Shown: positions 25,588 through 40,150 of the stretch, in pieces
Numbering within the stretch: position 1 is the stretch's first letter
Layout of the letters: every line of letters begins with the position of its first letter
The notes under the pieces: model-generated
Told to the model about the DNA's origin: nothing
Databases searched by the model: none
The model's input: only the letters and a program-made list of their open reading frames with translations
Position numbers and translations under genes: made by a program
DNA from: Eutreptiella sp. 'Long Island Sound 2002'
Lineage: Eukaryota; Protista; Euglenida
Assembly (NCBI GenBank): GCA_964036045.1
Contig: OZ038378.1
Location: 180,916,001-180,980,000, forward strand
Direction of reading: 5' to 3'
Length of the DNA stretch: 64,000 bases

Positions 25588-26921
25588 CCCTCTACCCCCC
25601 TTGTAAAAGAAACACCTCCGCGCGACGGTTCCCTCACACCCCCGAGGGAACGTACCCCAAGTGACGGTTCCCTCGCCCCCCCGCTTACTATGTAAGGGAC
25701 GCACGACACACAGCAAGACAGGCAAATAACGGGGCATATGAACCACTGAACGACCTGAAAAAGGCCTGTTGACATGCATGCTTAGGTCCACTGAGACACA
25801 TGCTCTATGTGCCACTTTTTTTGGCATGAGTATTCGACTTTGAAGAGCTACACATGCTCAACAGGGGTCACAGGAATGGGCTCTCCGGCTGCAGGCTTGG
25901 CTGCCACCATAGCAGCAGGTTTGGCTGTAGCTCCACTGAGACACACGCTCCGTGTGCCACTTTTTCTGGCAGGAGCTTTCGACTTTGAAGAGCTGCACAT
26001 GCTCAACAGGGACCACCTGAAATACTAATACACCTGAAAATTGCTGTTTGCGAGAACCCCGCTTCACCAACGCCTCAAGTTGTGGGCGGATCTTCTGCCA
26101 ATCGCTCAAGGGCTTAGCCTTGGCGGCTGCTCGTTGGCTGAGTTGGGTGTCAGCGTATTGAAGGCACGCTAATTTTTCAGTGGCCGTACGGGTGCGCCTC
26201 AATGGCTGGGCCAACCGCAAGGCCTTACACCATCGCTTGGCAGGCTTTTTCAAGCACTCAACCAACAGCGCATCGTCGGCGGCGGTGGGGGACTGTGGCC
26301 GTTTTGGGGGGCTAGATTCACTAGTGAGCTGCACAGCATCGGACTCATCCACAGGAGGGGGTGCTAGGAGGGGGTGCTGGGGGGCGTAAAAAAGTGTCCA
26401 ACTTCAACTGCACCTTCTTCCCGGTAGGGCGCCTTCTCTCCGATCGGTTGGCAGTTGAGGGAGGTGTGACGGGGCGTGGGGGTGAGGGGAGAGACATCCG
26501 TGCTATGGGGGCACAGTTATGCGTCACCAAGAGCCAGACCGCTCATATGTGATAGACCGATACTCAGCACCACGCTCTGAAGGGCCCAGAATCTTTGCAA
26601 GCACAACAGTGCCTTCGGAACGCTTGAAGCTGACAACCGTACCAGGTGTGTACGTGTCAATATGCTCAACATCCATGGCTGAAATTGCAAAAAACTGAGA
26701 GGTCTGCATGATACAGGGTCCAATATAGTGCCTTGGATGCAAGAAAGATCAAGAACACAGCAATGCACAAATGCTACTACCTTGTCCAACCAACAAACAT
26801 GCGGCAGAAGCTCAATATCGAACTTTTCTATAAATTTGGGAAAGTGAAGGTGACAGTTCCCTCGCCCCCCCCCCCCCCGCTTACTATACAAGGGCATTTC
26901 TTGTTCAAGGGGGGGAGAGGG
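25588..26921 (-). mobile_element. Non-autonomous TA-flanked TIR element carrying a disrupted non-transposase ORF
   Basis: 25-bp TIR ccctctaccccccttgtaaaagaaa / tttcttgttcaagggggggagaggg (3 mismatches) with TA on both sides. Subterminal direct repeat gtgac.gttccctcgccccc..gcttactat. Internal ~82-bp direct repeat (25789 and 25933). ORF pieces 26524-26742, 26345-26530 and 25858-26352. Confidence 0.7.
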
Positions 26922-27693
26922 TAGATTTACAAATGCGCACACCGCCATGGAGAAAGCAACCGGACACTAAATTTCAAATCATCCACTGATACATCTATCT
27001 GAACTTTGTCACTGGTAAGAGATGCCATATGAACCTTCACCTGCAGTTGGGCTTCATGAACAAGAATTCTGTTGCCTTTGGCACGACACCTCGAAGGGGG
27101 TTGGGAGCACATAAGGACATGGAACATTGTGGGGGCTCAGCTGTATGCCGCACAAATACGCCCCAAAAATGCCAAAAATTGACCACAACGAATGGAGAGG
27201 GTTGCATTGCATCTGCGCAAAATATGTATTGTGTATTCGCATTTCGCATTTCGCATTTACCCTATGCAGTTGAATACCGAAAGCTGAGACCCCGACCCAA
27301 TGACTACAGGGGGGCTTCTGGCAGTTCACACAGCGCCCAATCGTGGCTTGACTACACAGAACTCACCTCAAAACCACCAACCACTCAAAATCCTGCATGC
27401 ACGGGCCAAAATCTCAAAAAAAAAAAAGAAAAGAAAAAGAAAAAGAAAAAGAAAGAAAGGTGATATGAAGCAGTACACCATGCTCTCCACGGTGTCTTAG
27501 AACAGAACCCCTGCTATATTGCGGTCCCATCTCCCCTGTCGTATCAGTACCCGCCTGCCCGCAGAGCATGAATCAAAATGGCACCCAAACACCCCAATAA
27601 ACGTACACCCATGGCATCAATACATTACCATTCAAAAAGACAAGGAAATGGATGCACCAAAATGCACCTCTGGTGGCCGATGCTCCCGTCGCT

Positions 27694-28057
27694 CTAGCCT
27701 TTCTGTTTGTCTAGGGGGTCCAAAACGGTAGAACTTGCGACAGCCCACCGTGCACTCCTCCCATTGGATGCATTGGGACCACACTTATCACGTGCATACC
27801 TGTTGGGCCCTTCGGCTTCTGCTCTGTGCCGTTCCTCGTCTGCAATGTGCACACCATCCAGCACTCGAAGTGTTGTGATGCGTGCAATCACATAGAGTCG
27901 CTGTTGTGCATACTCTGCGGCAGAGCAATGGTTGAAGTCATTCAAACAGGCCTCGTTGTTGAGCATGCTCAGCCACCTCAGCTGTGGACAGCTCCTCTTG
28001 ACCATGTAGACAAAGGAAACCAAATCTGAAATCTTGTTGTTGTTCACAGACAAATAC
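27694..28057 (-). CDS. LRMDA/U2A'-type LRR protein, exon 2
   Basis: Acceptor ccttcaccag|G TAT, giving a phase-2 join (..PSLR-YLSVNNNKI). LSMLNNEAC...RLYVIARITTLRVLDGVHIADEER is an LRR-cap typical of LRMDA (C10orf11)/U2A' proteins. Confidence 0.85.
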
Positions 28058-30914
28058 CTGGTGAAGGATGACAGGGAAGAATGCCCAACGGCACGATGTA
28101 TCCTTGTGAACCATCTTGCACGACAATATGTCTGAGTATCGGACGAAATGTGACAGAGTGCCGGGCAGACGTCCGTCAGTTTGGAAAACTATTGCACTGT
28201 ACACTACTGTGGAGTCCTGTTTCCCTAAATGCCGTGTGAAACTTGCCCATATGTGCACATCAATGCTGAAATTGTGCACAGAACCTACATGTATCATTTC
28301 GTTGTGGCTCTGTGATCTCTTGTGCTTGGCACGGCCCTGGGCGCCGTTCAATCGCCCCATGCTGTCCTAAGGGCCACCATCACTGTCCTCCCGGTGCACT
28401 TTGTTTCCTTTGCATGCAAGTGCATGCCTGGCACAGACTGGAAGTGGCAAGGCATGTAAGCTTGCAATACCAGCTGAGAACTGGTTGCACCACCCTGAAC
28501 CCCAAGAGACCGCTTCCTGGAAGCCAATCCCCTTCAGCCATTCATAGGGACAACTCTACTGGACTGGAATCGGATACCGTAGACACGGCCTGTGGCTCCT
28601 GCAGTGCTCCAAAAGCTCTCTTACATTGCACCATCAGCCCACAACGGTCTTTTGTGATGCGGAAGCATTGAGAATGGCCACCGATGCGGCAGGGGGCTTA
28701 GGGGTCAACATGGGATACCCTGCGAGAATGCCTGCGAACGGTTCCACGTATGGCACCCGGTGCACATCTACTTGAGATTGATAGATATGCAGCAACACTT
28801 TTTTTTTTTTGCAATCCCCGACTGTCAGGCACCCGGCTTATGGACAGAGCTGGAAAGGCCATGGCTGGTGAAACTGCTGGGGTCTGTCCAGCCGCCTACA
28901 ATTCCGTCGACACTCCCGCCGACGAAGCAAAAAAATATTCGAGATCAATGCTGCTGCATGCTCCTTGGCCCTGTGACATGCTTGCCTCTCCGCATGAGGC
29001 CCGAATAGGCCTTCGGTCTGCTTCTAGGTTCGTTTTGTACAGCAACTCTCTTGGCAAAGAGGAAGTAGAACCAAGGAACCAGATATAATACCTGCACCCC
29101 TCCAGTGTCCTGGGAACAGACACCATCATTGGACGCGGCTGGCACTTCAGGGGCTTTCCGGCCCAAAACAAATGTGCACGCTTACGCACGTTTGGACAGG
29201 GAGATGGCGCACGCTTACGCACACTTACCACCCGCACTGCGCACCCTTGTGCCCGCTTAACCCTGGCCTGTGCGCACACTTCGAACCACAGGTCTGGCCC
29301 CCTGTCTGTCCTGAGGTATGCAACAAAATGATGCTTGTGAAGGGGGGCTGTTTGGGAACGTTTCCAATTGTACTGAGATTAAGCCTGGTGCACCGGGCCA
29401 CAACTTCTTGCTGGCACCTCTACCAGAACCAATCAGCGTACCAAAGAAATGGGCGCAGAGGTTCATGGAGGGTCCTGATGAGCCTGGCGCACAGCCACAT
29501 ACCGAGGGTGCTATGCTATCTGCGAAACCTGCCTGCCACACGACATTGCCAGGAAACAGAATACTACCAGCAAATGCGGGGAGGATGCACAAAGAATTGC
29601 TAACTGGCGCTTGCTTTGAGAATGGCCACTTTGCATCCTGACCCGAAGGCTGCATAATGCCTGAGGCCAGACTGTGGGGGCTCTTACATCACTTTGGTGT
29701 ACGCTGTAAAGGAAATAAGCAGGCGAACAACAAAGATGTTGTTCTGTTGACACCATCACTCTCTACAAAGGAGAGACTATGGCCTTGGCTTTGCAAAGTT
29801 TGGTAAGGAATCCCACCCTTCTACTGTGGTCAAAGAGGAGGGATGTTGGAGAAGCAGAGCCCCAATGCTATCCTTTCCCCTTGGATCAGGCAATAGGTAT
29901 CAGTGTATCTGAATCCTTTACTATGCTATGGCTGTGTGCAAGCGGATTAGTGTGTATATGTCGTAGCACTACATGGTTGTCCTGTACACATTGAAAAAAG
30001 GGGGTGCTTTTTCGCCGCAGGTGTGCGGTGTGTCGCACAACTTTGTCCCATCCCCCACCATAGCACAACGTCGTCCCCACCATCACATGTTGTTGTCTGA
30101 TGCCCAACATCGTAGGGTGCCCTTTCCCATGACATGGTCAGTTGGTTGCTTCATTCTGGATAGTGATGGTCATTGTCAGTCTTCTGGAAAATGTTGGCAC
30201 TGACGGATCATGCGACAAAGCGGGGGCTTCCGGGTTTCAATTTTTTGGGGGAGGGGGGTAGAGCCCCAGGCCAACTCCCCCAAGGGCTCCATTGACCGCC
30301 ACCCCTGAATGCCCCTCAGGTTGGCCCAAATGTGACCTCGACCCCTGCCTTTGGTGCCAGATTTCATAGTGACTGAGTAATGGCCCTGGCTACAAAAGCC
30401 CGGCCCAAACCCCGGCCCCCACTTCTTAGAAAACGTGCCTTTTGGAAAGGCATAGCTGGAGGCTTTTAGGAGAGCAGTGGCGTTGCGAATTCGTAGCAAC
30501 CCACCTCCTTGGTAGGGGGAGGCACATGTGGCTTCTGTCCCAGTGACAACAAGGCACGTGAAGCTGTGAGCCATGTGCTCCCTAAACCCCGACCCCAACT
30601 CAGCTTTCCTGGTTTTTTCGTGTTTACACCCCACACGCAACAGTCATGGATGACCCAATGCATCCTCATCACTGCCAAGTGATTCTCCATGCTCTTTGCT
30701 GTAGACCAGTAGCTTCTGGATCGCAGGGGCACAGTGGACACCCTATTGCCAAGGACAAGCTCGGTTTCCTGCCTTGCAGTTCGAAGTCAGGAACCGTTGA
30801 GGAGCAATTCAGCTGCATGACCAGGCTCTTGTAACCCTGGTGCCGCGAATGTCTTCTGCCCAGACGCCAGCAACCAGCTTTGCCTGATACAGGCCTGCCA
30901 GCAAAAGGCCACAC

Positions 30915-31165
30915 CTTAAACTCGGCAAGCACGGAATTCTACAGCTACTTTGCAACACGTTGTTGTCCACAATCAAGGTCTCCAGTGCTGCGCAATTCTT
31001 CAGCGGGCTGAGGGATGTAAGTTGGTTCTGGGAGGCATCAAGCGATCTCAGCTGCCGTGCCGCAGCTTGAAACTGGGGGGGGAAAGTGGCCCAGTCACGG
31101 TAGGCCACCGATAGACGCTGGAATCCATCAGGTTCAGGCGTCCAGGAGTTCCAAGAATACCTCAT
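30915..31165 (-). CDS. LRMDA/U2A'-type LRR protein, exon 1 (spliced product 204 aa)
   Basis: ttttcgttttcag 4 nt before the ATG. LRSLDASQNQLTSLSPLKNCAALETLIVDNN. Donor AG|GTGTGG at 30914. Confidence 0.85.
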
Positions 31166-32044
31166 CCGTCTGAAAACGAAAACAGTGGTGGGAGAGATGA
31201 CAGAAACACCAATCCCAATGCAATTTACTTGTGTTTGGTGATGACCTACAGACCTATGCGGCAGGTGCAAACGCACACATAGCGCATGTAGGTGGGTAAG
31301 GGACGCACTGTTCGTGCGGTGAATGGCTATAAGTGACATTTGGGCCTGTTGAATTGACCACAAAAGTACGTGTGACTGGGCACCTGCTGCCTGTGAGCAC
31401 CAAATGCGCCAGCTTTTGGCAACTGCCCCTGAAATTGGCCCCCTTGTTGAACCTCCACAGAAAGCTGCCAAGCTGAAAGACTCATCACCATGTGGAGAAG
31501 ACCCAACAATGCATGCTGTTCCAATCATTAGTGCACATATTGCACATACATGTGAAGAAAGTACAAGAGCAATCAATATACAATGGACAAGAAATTGGCC
31601 CTCCAATTAAACAACCATATGGGCAACCATTTCTCTAGGCACCAAAATCATTTCGGCATCAATGCATTGGTTCACACACCCCAGCCCCCCACCCCTTTTT
31701 GAGAATCCTCCCAAATGGCTGGATGTAGACCGCTAATTCAAATTGACCCCCCGTGTTCTGTCTCATATAATCGCGGTGCATCACATGACCAATGCGCCCA
31801 TAGTTGCCTCCAGTTCCGGACTTCACCATTCAATGCTGTTGTTTGATCAGTGGTTACCTCAAACTTTGTAGTCCAGTCCTTAACGCGCCATTCTCAGTCA
31901 GCTCATCCCCCTCCCCAAGCCCCTTAACCTCCCTCATTCCTCCACCATTGACCACTTCCCTTTTCCTTGCATGCCACTTGTGCCATCACTCAATCATGTA
32001 CCCCCCCCCACTCCTCATAAAAGCTGCGCAAAAGTCCCAAATTA

Positions 32045-33150
32045 TTACGGTCCCTATGTCTACTGTAGCTTGGACAAGGCCGTAGCTTCCACGCAACACA
32101 TACAACTACCAAAACACATGTGAGTGAGCGCATGGTATGAGTGCACCTTAACCTCCACCCACGTTCCCAAAGGCATGCAAATACAAGAAAGTGTTTGAAA
32201 CATGAAATTTCAGGTTCACACCCATGTTCTCATAAACAATGAGGCATGAGAAACCAACAAATGTTCGGCTTGAAAACCCTTCTTGCGATCATAAACCATG
32301 TGGAACAACTGCACATGGGCGGGAAGAAAATTGCTCTGCGGGGGGGGTGGGTGACACGGAAGCCCATTTTCCCAACCCCCCCCCCTCCCTCCTTGGCCGC
32401 CGTGACGGGAGGGGGGGGTTCAGGGCGGGGGCGCCCGACCTGCCGTGCCGGGAGGGGGGGGGGGGGTCAACCCAACATCTATGGCTCAAAATAATACCCA
32501 CATCGCGCTGATCATTTTGACTACTCAAATGTGGGGGGGGGAATTATTGGTGGAAAAAACTTTTTCGGGCCAAATTTTGTGTTCCTGTGCCTTTGGCGCC
32601 AACATCCGTTCTTACACAAAACAAAGGGCCCGACACGGAACCCCATTTCTCCAAACCCCCCCCCCCTCCTTCGGCGGGCGTCCATGTCAGCCCCCCCCCC
32701 CCCCCCCGCAGAGCAATTTTCAGGTTGCCATGCCCACCACTTGAAGATGCCTTTGAAGATGCCTTTGCCCGAGGTTTATGGGCTGGTTTGGGCTCAGGCA
32801 ACTTCAAGGTCTTGGGGATAAAATTGCCTTACATGTAGTCTCTTGTAAAGTACAATTTCCCATAAAATACATTGACCATTCCCCACACACCTCGGGCAGC
32901 CTTAGCCCAAACAACTTCAGTGGGAGCATCGTCGGAGTCACTAGAATCATCACCTGAGGAAGCGGACTCAGAAATGCAACCATCCTCATCAGTGTCCGCC
33001 CCAAATTCAGAATCAGAATCACATGTTGAATCAGAATCAGAATTAGCAAAATAGTTCAAATCCTCAAGCTCCAAAAACTTCATCCCTTCAGGGAAGTAAG
33101 CTGCAAGGCCCTCATATCATCCTTGGTGATTGCATTAAATGCCTCCAAGG
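32045..33150 (-). mobile_element. Second degenerate copy of the pogo-like element (transposase C-terminus + 3' end)
   Basis: AYFPEGMKFLELEDLNYF matches AYFPGGLKLSQFEDVGFF of 17932-19338. Shares the acidic tail, the cctttgcc.gaggttt..ggctggttt stretch and the terminal gtagcttggacaag motif. Confidence 0.65.
32326..32721. mobile_element. ~400-bp MITE nested in the pogo relic
   Basis: Perfect inverted gaaaattgctctgcgggggg / ccccccgcagagcaattttc. Internal direct repeat gacacggaa.cccatt..cc.aaccccc. Confidence 0.7.
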
Positions 33151-35720
33151 GCGTAACTTTTACACGGGGGGGGGGGGGGATGTGCAGAGTAGAGGCAGTG
33201 ACTACTGCCCGCTAGCACATGAGTGACATGACCAACAGACCAACAACAGATGGTCACCCAATATTGTACCCTAATGGCCTCTGTATAACCAATCAAACAA
33301 AAAAAAGCAACATGATAGGCGGAAGGTGCACAAAACACCCCAATAGCTGTGAGGTGTTCCAAAACACCTCCAGCACATCCCACCTCCTTGCATGCCATCA
33401 CCAATGGCATCCAAAGCGTCCAAGGAGCCAACCGTCAATAGTCGGCGCTCTAGATCACTCTTCTTGCCTTGAAGTGGTTTTGGGCCCCAACTTTCGTCTT
33501 CAAGTTTGCCAATTGGCTCAGGAAGATGCCTAAGAGTGACTAACGGTTGTTTCTCACCAAGGAGGTTGGCAAGCCTCCACATCATTTACTTTATGTGCAA
33601 GGCGCTATGCTCCTTGATTCACTGTCAAACCAAATCTCAAGCATATCTCCCTGTACAACGGAACATTTATACTGTGGGGGTTGAACATTGATAACCAAAT
33701 AGACTTGCTCGTATAGACACGGGCCGCCATTGACACCAAACAACGTACACAGCAAAGTTCCACACAAGGAAGGCTGGTGTATGCTGAAAATGTCATAGGA
33801 CATTACTACCATGGGAGAAAAGAGAGAGAGCTACAACTACACCGCCGCACCTACATAGGAATGCCCCCCTCCCATTCTACGAGTATTGCACCAATCTGCT
33901 CCCATAGATCCACATTGGAGAGCAAGCCTACAGGCCACACCCATCCTTGTGACTTCCATTTGTGCACCTTTTCTATTGGGTGCTGGGGTCATGCATGCCG
34001 CCGTCCATAGACGGTGGGGAAATGTGCTCCTGGGACTCTTGGGTGCACACACTGGTTGGTGTCTTTGGAAACAAATTGTTTACATTCCTTATTTCAAACC
34101 ATTGGGGAAAATTACTTTTATTGGGAGTGGGACAGGTGTCCCTCTACTTTCTTAAGGTGGGGTGGGGCAAATCATATTGAGACACCATCAACGTCCTTGC
34201 ATCCCTTACCTTACCACAGCAAGGGCATGAAGCTGTTCATGTACGCCCCCACCACCGCCTGCATCTGGATGGGCTTGGGTTTTGGGAGGACCCGGAGACG
34301 GCAGGGTTCATGTTAGCAACTGCTCTTTTCTGTCCCAGCTCTGGGGCGACCAAGACGGCAGGGGTTATGTGGGGTAAGTGCATAAATGCCTGCCATCAAT
34401 CCATAACCAGAATGGAGTATTGGGATCGAGCTGGCGGCGAAGGGAAACAGTGCAGAAGGCATACTGTGCACACTGCACATTTTGTATTCTACACTTGGCA
34501 CATTGTGCGGTCAGCCAACTGCACACACAGCACACACTGCACACTCTGTGCAATGCACACGGCGCACTTTGCACAGAACAGAAGGAGTTTGGGGGTGTTG
34601 GCCTTCCTCCTCGGAAAACATACTTGCAGTGCAGGGCAGCAGCCACAGGAGATACATATACACAGACAGGTTAGCTGCCATGTCATATAACGTGTCATCT
34701 ACGTCAGACCCTGAAGAGAAACCTGCTGCTACTGATGATGAACTTGAAGATGACATTCATTTATCTGCAAGCAACTCATAATTGCCTGGAATGTTTTCCT
34801 CGCCAAAGCTACCATTCTCATGGAATTGCTTTTTCCTCAATAGTGCCGGAAAGTTTGATCATGCCAAGCAATGACAAGGGCTTCTAAATTGCTCTTCCAA
34901 GGTGTCTCTGTGGCTGGCCAACATACCCACAGTGACTTGTGCACCGTGTGTGCACAATGCAGGCGCTCCACCAAGGTTCAATGGAGGTTTAGAGGTCAGA
35001 GGTAATTCTATGTGGATCAGTGCAAACCCCTCCTCTTAAACGACCATCAGACACGAATCTTGTGCTTAGACACACCATAGCGTACGCACATGACCAACAA
35101 AGGCCTGATCACAGACATTGCACCCACCCGAGTCTGAGAATAAGTTAGGGGGCTAGGCCTGACAACTCCCGGCTGCTCAAGGGACGTACATGTCATGGTG
35201 GTGGTGGTGGGGGGGGGGGGGGGGGGTTGCGCGGCGAATGTCAGGGGGTCACCAACCCCTGTGCCTCAATGCCCTCGCCGGTATCTGAATGCCCAATCCT
35301 GTGTAGCTCCCCCGTTCCAACGCAATCCCTGCCGCCCTGTCCCTTAGACAGGTGTATGCTCTGTGCACCCAGACGGGGCGGGACGGGTGCACACATCGAT
35401 TGTCAAATCCCCTGAGTGCTCTCGTGTGTCCATCCATGTGGTTGGCCTCTTCCTTCCCACCGTTTGGTCTCCCAGGAATGTGCTCTATGGCTGGAGGGAC
35501 ATGAGGGCAGATTGGCATGGGGCCTGGAGACCAACACGTCCACCAACTTTGCGCGCCTCGGGGGGGGGGGGGGGGTCAGTCAGCCGTTCTGCTCCCTGGT
35601 CCTGGTTTTGAGGTTGAACCGTGGCTATTGGGCAGAGGTACCGATGGTGGATGGCAGCGCCGGTGCTGTGATGCTGAGCACTTACATCGGCAGACTGCAA
35701 GAACGCTACGGATGGGGGTC

Positions 35721-37107
35721 TCAGCCAAAGCTTAGCCTGCCGGAATCGAACGTCCTTGTATCCGTCGACGTCCTTGTGGAGGTGTACGAGGGGGTCCGTG
35801 TCAGCGTCGCGGTCGGCGAGGGCGTCATCGACGGCGTCTCCGTCCCCGACGGAGGCGGAGTGCCACTCGCAGTACCGCTCACGGTCCGATCCGGCGACGC
35901 CGTACCCGTCCGCGTCGCAGACCACGTAGCCGTCCGGGTGCCTGTGCGCGTCGCCGTCGGCGTCACCGTCGGCGTCACTGTGTCCGGCTGCTGGGCCGTC
36001 AGCCCAACCGGCACACACACGGCGGCGGCCACAACGCCCGTCACCACAGCCCCCGCCACCAGCGCCCCCGCCACGAGGCTCGTTCCCGTCGCCCCCGCCA
36101 CCGCGCCCCCCATCCCCGCCGACACCGCCGCGTCCGCGACGCGCGCGCCCACGAGCCCGAGGTCCCACGGACCGCCCTGGAACGGCGCCGCCAGCCCCGC
36201 CTCCGGCAGCTCCGGGAACGCGTCGAGGCCGGGCCCGGCGTCCCGCACCCCGAGAAGGTCCGACCCGCTCCGTCTCCCGAACCCTTCCAGCGCGCGGACG
36301 TCTGCCTCGGTGTAGAGCCGCAGGCCGCGGCCCCAGGACACCACATTGGTACCTCCGAGGCCGGGGTTGGGGGGCGGGAGGACCACATGGACGTCGGGGG
36401 ACAGTAGAGGTCGCGGTCGGGTGCCCGGGCCATCCCCGGACTCCAGTCCGTGGGGTCCCCCCTGTTGGCGCATCCCTGGGGGCTCGCAGGGGCCACCCCG
36501 GACCCTCGGGCGCCACGCACAATCTGCCGGGTCCTGCCCCACTGGGGGCTGAGACCCGGACCCACGGATCAGCAGCGCTGCGGCATGGCTGCTGCGACAC
36601 GCGCCTCCGGGAACGTCCGGGAACGGCGGCGCACGCGACACCGCCCAGCCGCAGCGGGCCGCGTTCCCGGCGCTGCAGAGCTCCGATGCGCGTCGCGGCC
36701 CCTGCTCCGGCACGTCCGGGGGGTCGGCACACCCCCAGTGCGTCCGAAGGCCGTACGGCAGCAAGGGGGGGCCGAGGCCGTACCAGGGGTCGGGGGTGGA
36801 CTTGCCCTGGGCGGCGGTGGCCTGCAGCTGAGGACCGGGGGGGGCTCCAGCAGCACGGGGCCCTACCCAGAGATCAGGGGTCTGTTTTAGGGCCTGTGGG
36901 TGGTCCTGCACGGGATGTGTCTGCGGTCGTGAGGGGGGCACATGGGGCACGGACAACGGGGCATAGCCGGTCGTCGCAGGCACGCGGGCGCGGGGGGCTG
37001 GTGGGTCGACGGGGCAACTGTGGCCGCTGCGGCGGTCGGCAAGATCCCGTCGTTCGCACGCGTCGATGTGGATCAGGACCTTGTTGGCGAGCTCCAAATA
37101 GTCATCC
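35721..37107 (-). CDS. EF-hand/ART gene, probable last exon: Pro-rich linker, TM helix, Thr/Ser-rich stalk
   Basis: Acceptor cacag|G GAT at 37108 matches the phase-2 donor at 38407. The frame stays open for 1387 nt. Hydrophobic SLVAGALVAGAVVTGVVAAAVCVPVGL is followed by TPTVTPTATRT repeats. Whether it is joined to the ART exons is inferred. Confidence 0.6.
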
Positions 37108-38407
37108 CTGTGCAATTGTGCGTTGGAAGCAATGGGTCGGCCGCGGCCCCAAAATCCCCCCCCCCCAAGTCTCTTAGCAATAGGCTGCATCTAAATCCAA
37201 ACAGAAATCTCAACCCGAATCATGTTTCTACTTCCAATGCGGCTGCACTTGCAGCATCCCCATTTGGCACATTCGATTCCACGCCTTCTGCCCGTCTTCA
37301 ATGCCATTGACCACACAACTACCCCCACCAGAAAACATGCCCTTTTTAGGGGTTGAAAGCCACAAATCTTTTGGAATTTCGCAATTTCGAATCGAAAAAG
37401 TCACCTCGAAGAAGATACAGGATCAAAAGGAGGTGCAGGCTGAGATTCGAAACCCTCTGTCCTGGTGCGCTTCCGAACCCGCATCTACGATCGGCGAAGA
37501 ACCTTGTTCTGGAAGCATGCACGCTCGATGCCATTGTCCCCTCACCTCATGACTGTGGAGTTGGTCACAATCGAAAAGGGGGGGCGGGGGTCCCGATGGG
37601 GATCAATGGTCAACAGCAAGGTCTGATCGACGTGCTGCGGGTTTGGGTAGTGGAAGGGGTAGTGTGCCGAGGCCCATACACCAACCGAATGCCGAAACTG
37701 TGCTGGCCCTGCATGTTCCCTGGTTTTGTGATTGCTGCCCGCCACGAGCTTCATGGAAATGGCACCTCAGCACTACAAACCAGAGCAAACATCAGAGGGA
37801 CACATGGGAAGGGACTGCCTAGTTCGGGCTGCAAGAAAAAAGCAGTAAAGCTTGATGAAGATTGGGAGGCAGAAAAATACAACTGATTAGTCACACTGTG
37901 TGCAGAAGTGGATGCACTGGCAAAGGTGGCCGTCGAGAACAATGACAAGGAAGTGATCCAGGCCCAACACTAGACTCAGCACACAAAATCACTGCTTTAA
38001 AGCCTCTGAGATCTAAATGGACGGTTGATTGTGCCTGGGACCCCTCCTCCAAAAGCTCCATTGACCAGACCCTCCAAAGCCCCCTTCCCCCCCAGGTCGC
38101 CTGCGGGTGTCCCAGACCCCAACTTTCAGAAAAAATGAAATGTTGTTTTTGGAATCAGGTCTGGCAAAACCATCAGTCGTCTGGGATTCAGACCATTTTG
38201 GACCAAAAAATGTTTCTTTGGCACCGGATTTCATAGTAACTGATTGATGATCCTGGTCAATAGGGTCCCTGAGCCCCCACCCTCCCTCGGGCTCCATCTC
38301 CCCACCCTCCCAGCCCCAGCCCCCGCAATCGAAAATCCGCTGTGCCCTGGGATCTGAAGTGCTTTGGGGGCTTGGCTGACAACCGGACGCTCGGCACACT
38401 GACGCAC

Positions 38408-38646
38408 CGAATAACAGGGGCATTGTGCCGGAAATCCCACAGATGGTACACACGGAAATCGTAAATCGCCTTGCCTTGGGCACCGTCCAGATCTTGGTGC
38501 TTTCCGGAGTGGCGACTCTGCACTTGGGGCACCAGGATGGCATTACTGGGCAACAGCACCTCTGATTCACTGGGGTACTGAGACACCCATTGCAGGTCTG
38601 CCCCATTAGTAAGCAGCCCAGTGTCATCCTGAAGGTCCTGCCCAGT
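38408..38646 (-). CDS. EF-hand/ART gene exon with the catalytic E-x-E loop
   Basis: Acceptor ctttccag|ACT (phase 0). GADLQWVSQYPSESEVLLP. Candidate donor CG|GTGCGT. Confidence 0.8.
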
Positions 38647-39357
38647 CTGGAAAGCGATAGAACGGGTTACCCGGAGGGTATATGGAGGGCATGGCACATG
38701 GGCGTACAGGGGGTATACGGAGGGCATACGGGGGCATACGGAAGGCAAAGAGAAGGCAAAGAGAAGGGCATCGGGGGGCATACGGATGGCTTCCAAAAAG
38801 CATGTGGCGGCCATGCGGAGAAAATACACAGGACACATCCAGAACCTCTACCCTTTGATTTTTTTTGTTCCGGCACACCAAATCAAAGTGATCTCTCGGG
38901 CAACAGCCCGGAGTAGCGCATATAATACAAATTTTAAAAATAAAGACATATAATTTTTTCCCCACGGACAATGTGGTGTGAAGTTTAAGCTCTTTCGGCC
39001 CGCACAGGTCATCCCTACGCGGGGCTTCAGGTCACAAAAAATTGCCCATGCACCCCAACAACCGACTGGCATTTCACTCACACGGCATTTGGATGTCTGA
39101 GTATCCCATTTGCTGCGTGTTGCGGCAGGTTGACTGGATATGCGACCTTTGGTGCATCCAATAATCAAGTGGGGGAAACCGTGCTTGCCTCTGAAGTAGC
39201 CCTTTCACAGGGAACAAGGGCAGGAAATGATGTGTGACCCGCAATCAATGGCGCAAGCAAATTGGGGTGCTGCTGTGGAGCTTGTCACATTGCACTTTGC
39301 AGTTTGGACACACATGCACACATACATCTACACACGCACACAGCCACACACATGCAC

Positions 39358-40150
<793 letters not shown>

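Noticed and set aside
29474-29530. ctgatga...gaaa hammerhead-like spacing (also at 41562)
   Set aside because: Stem II and the flanking helices do not pair.
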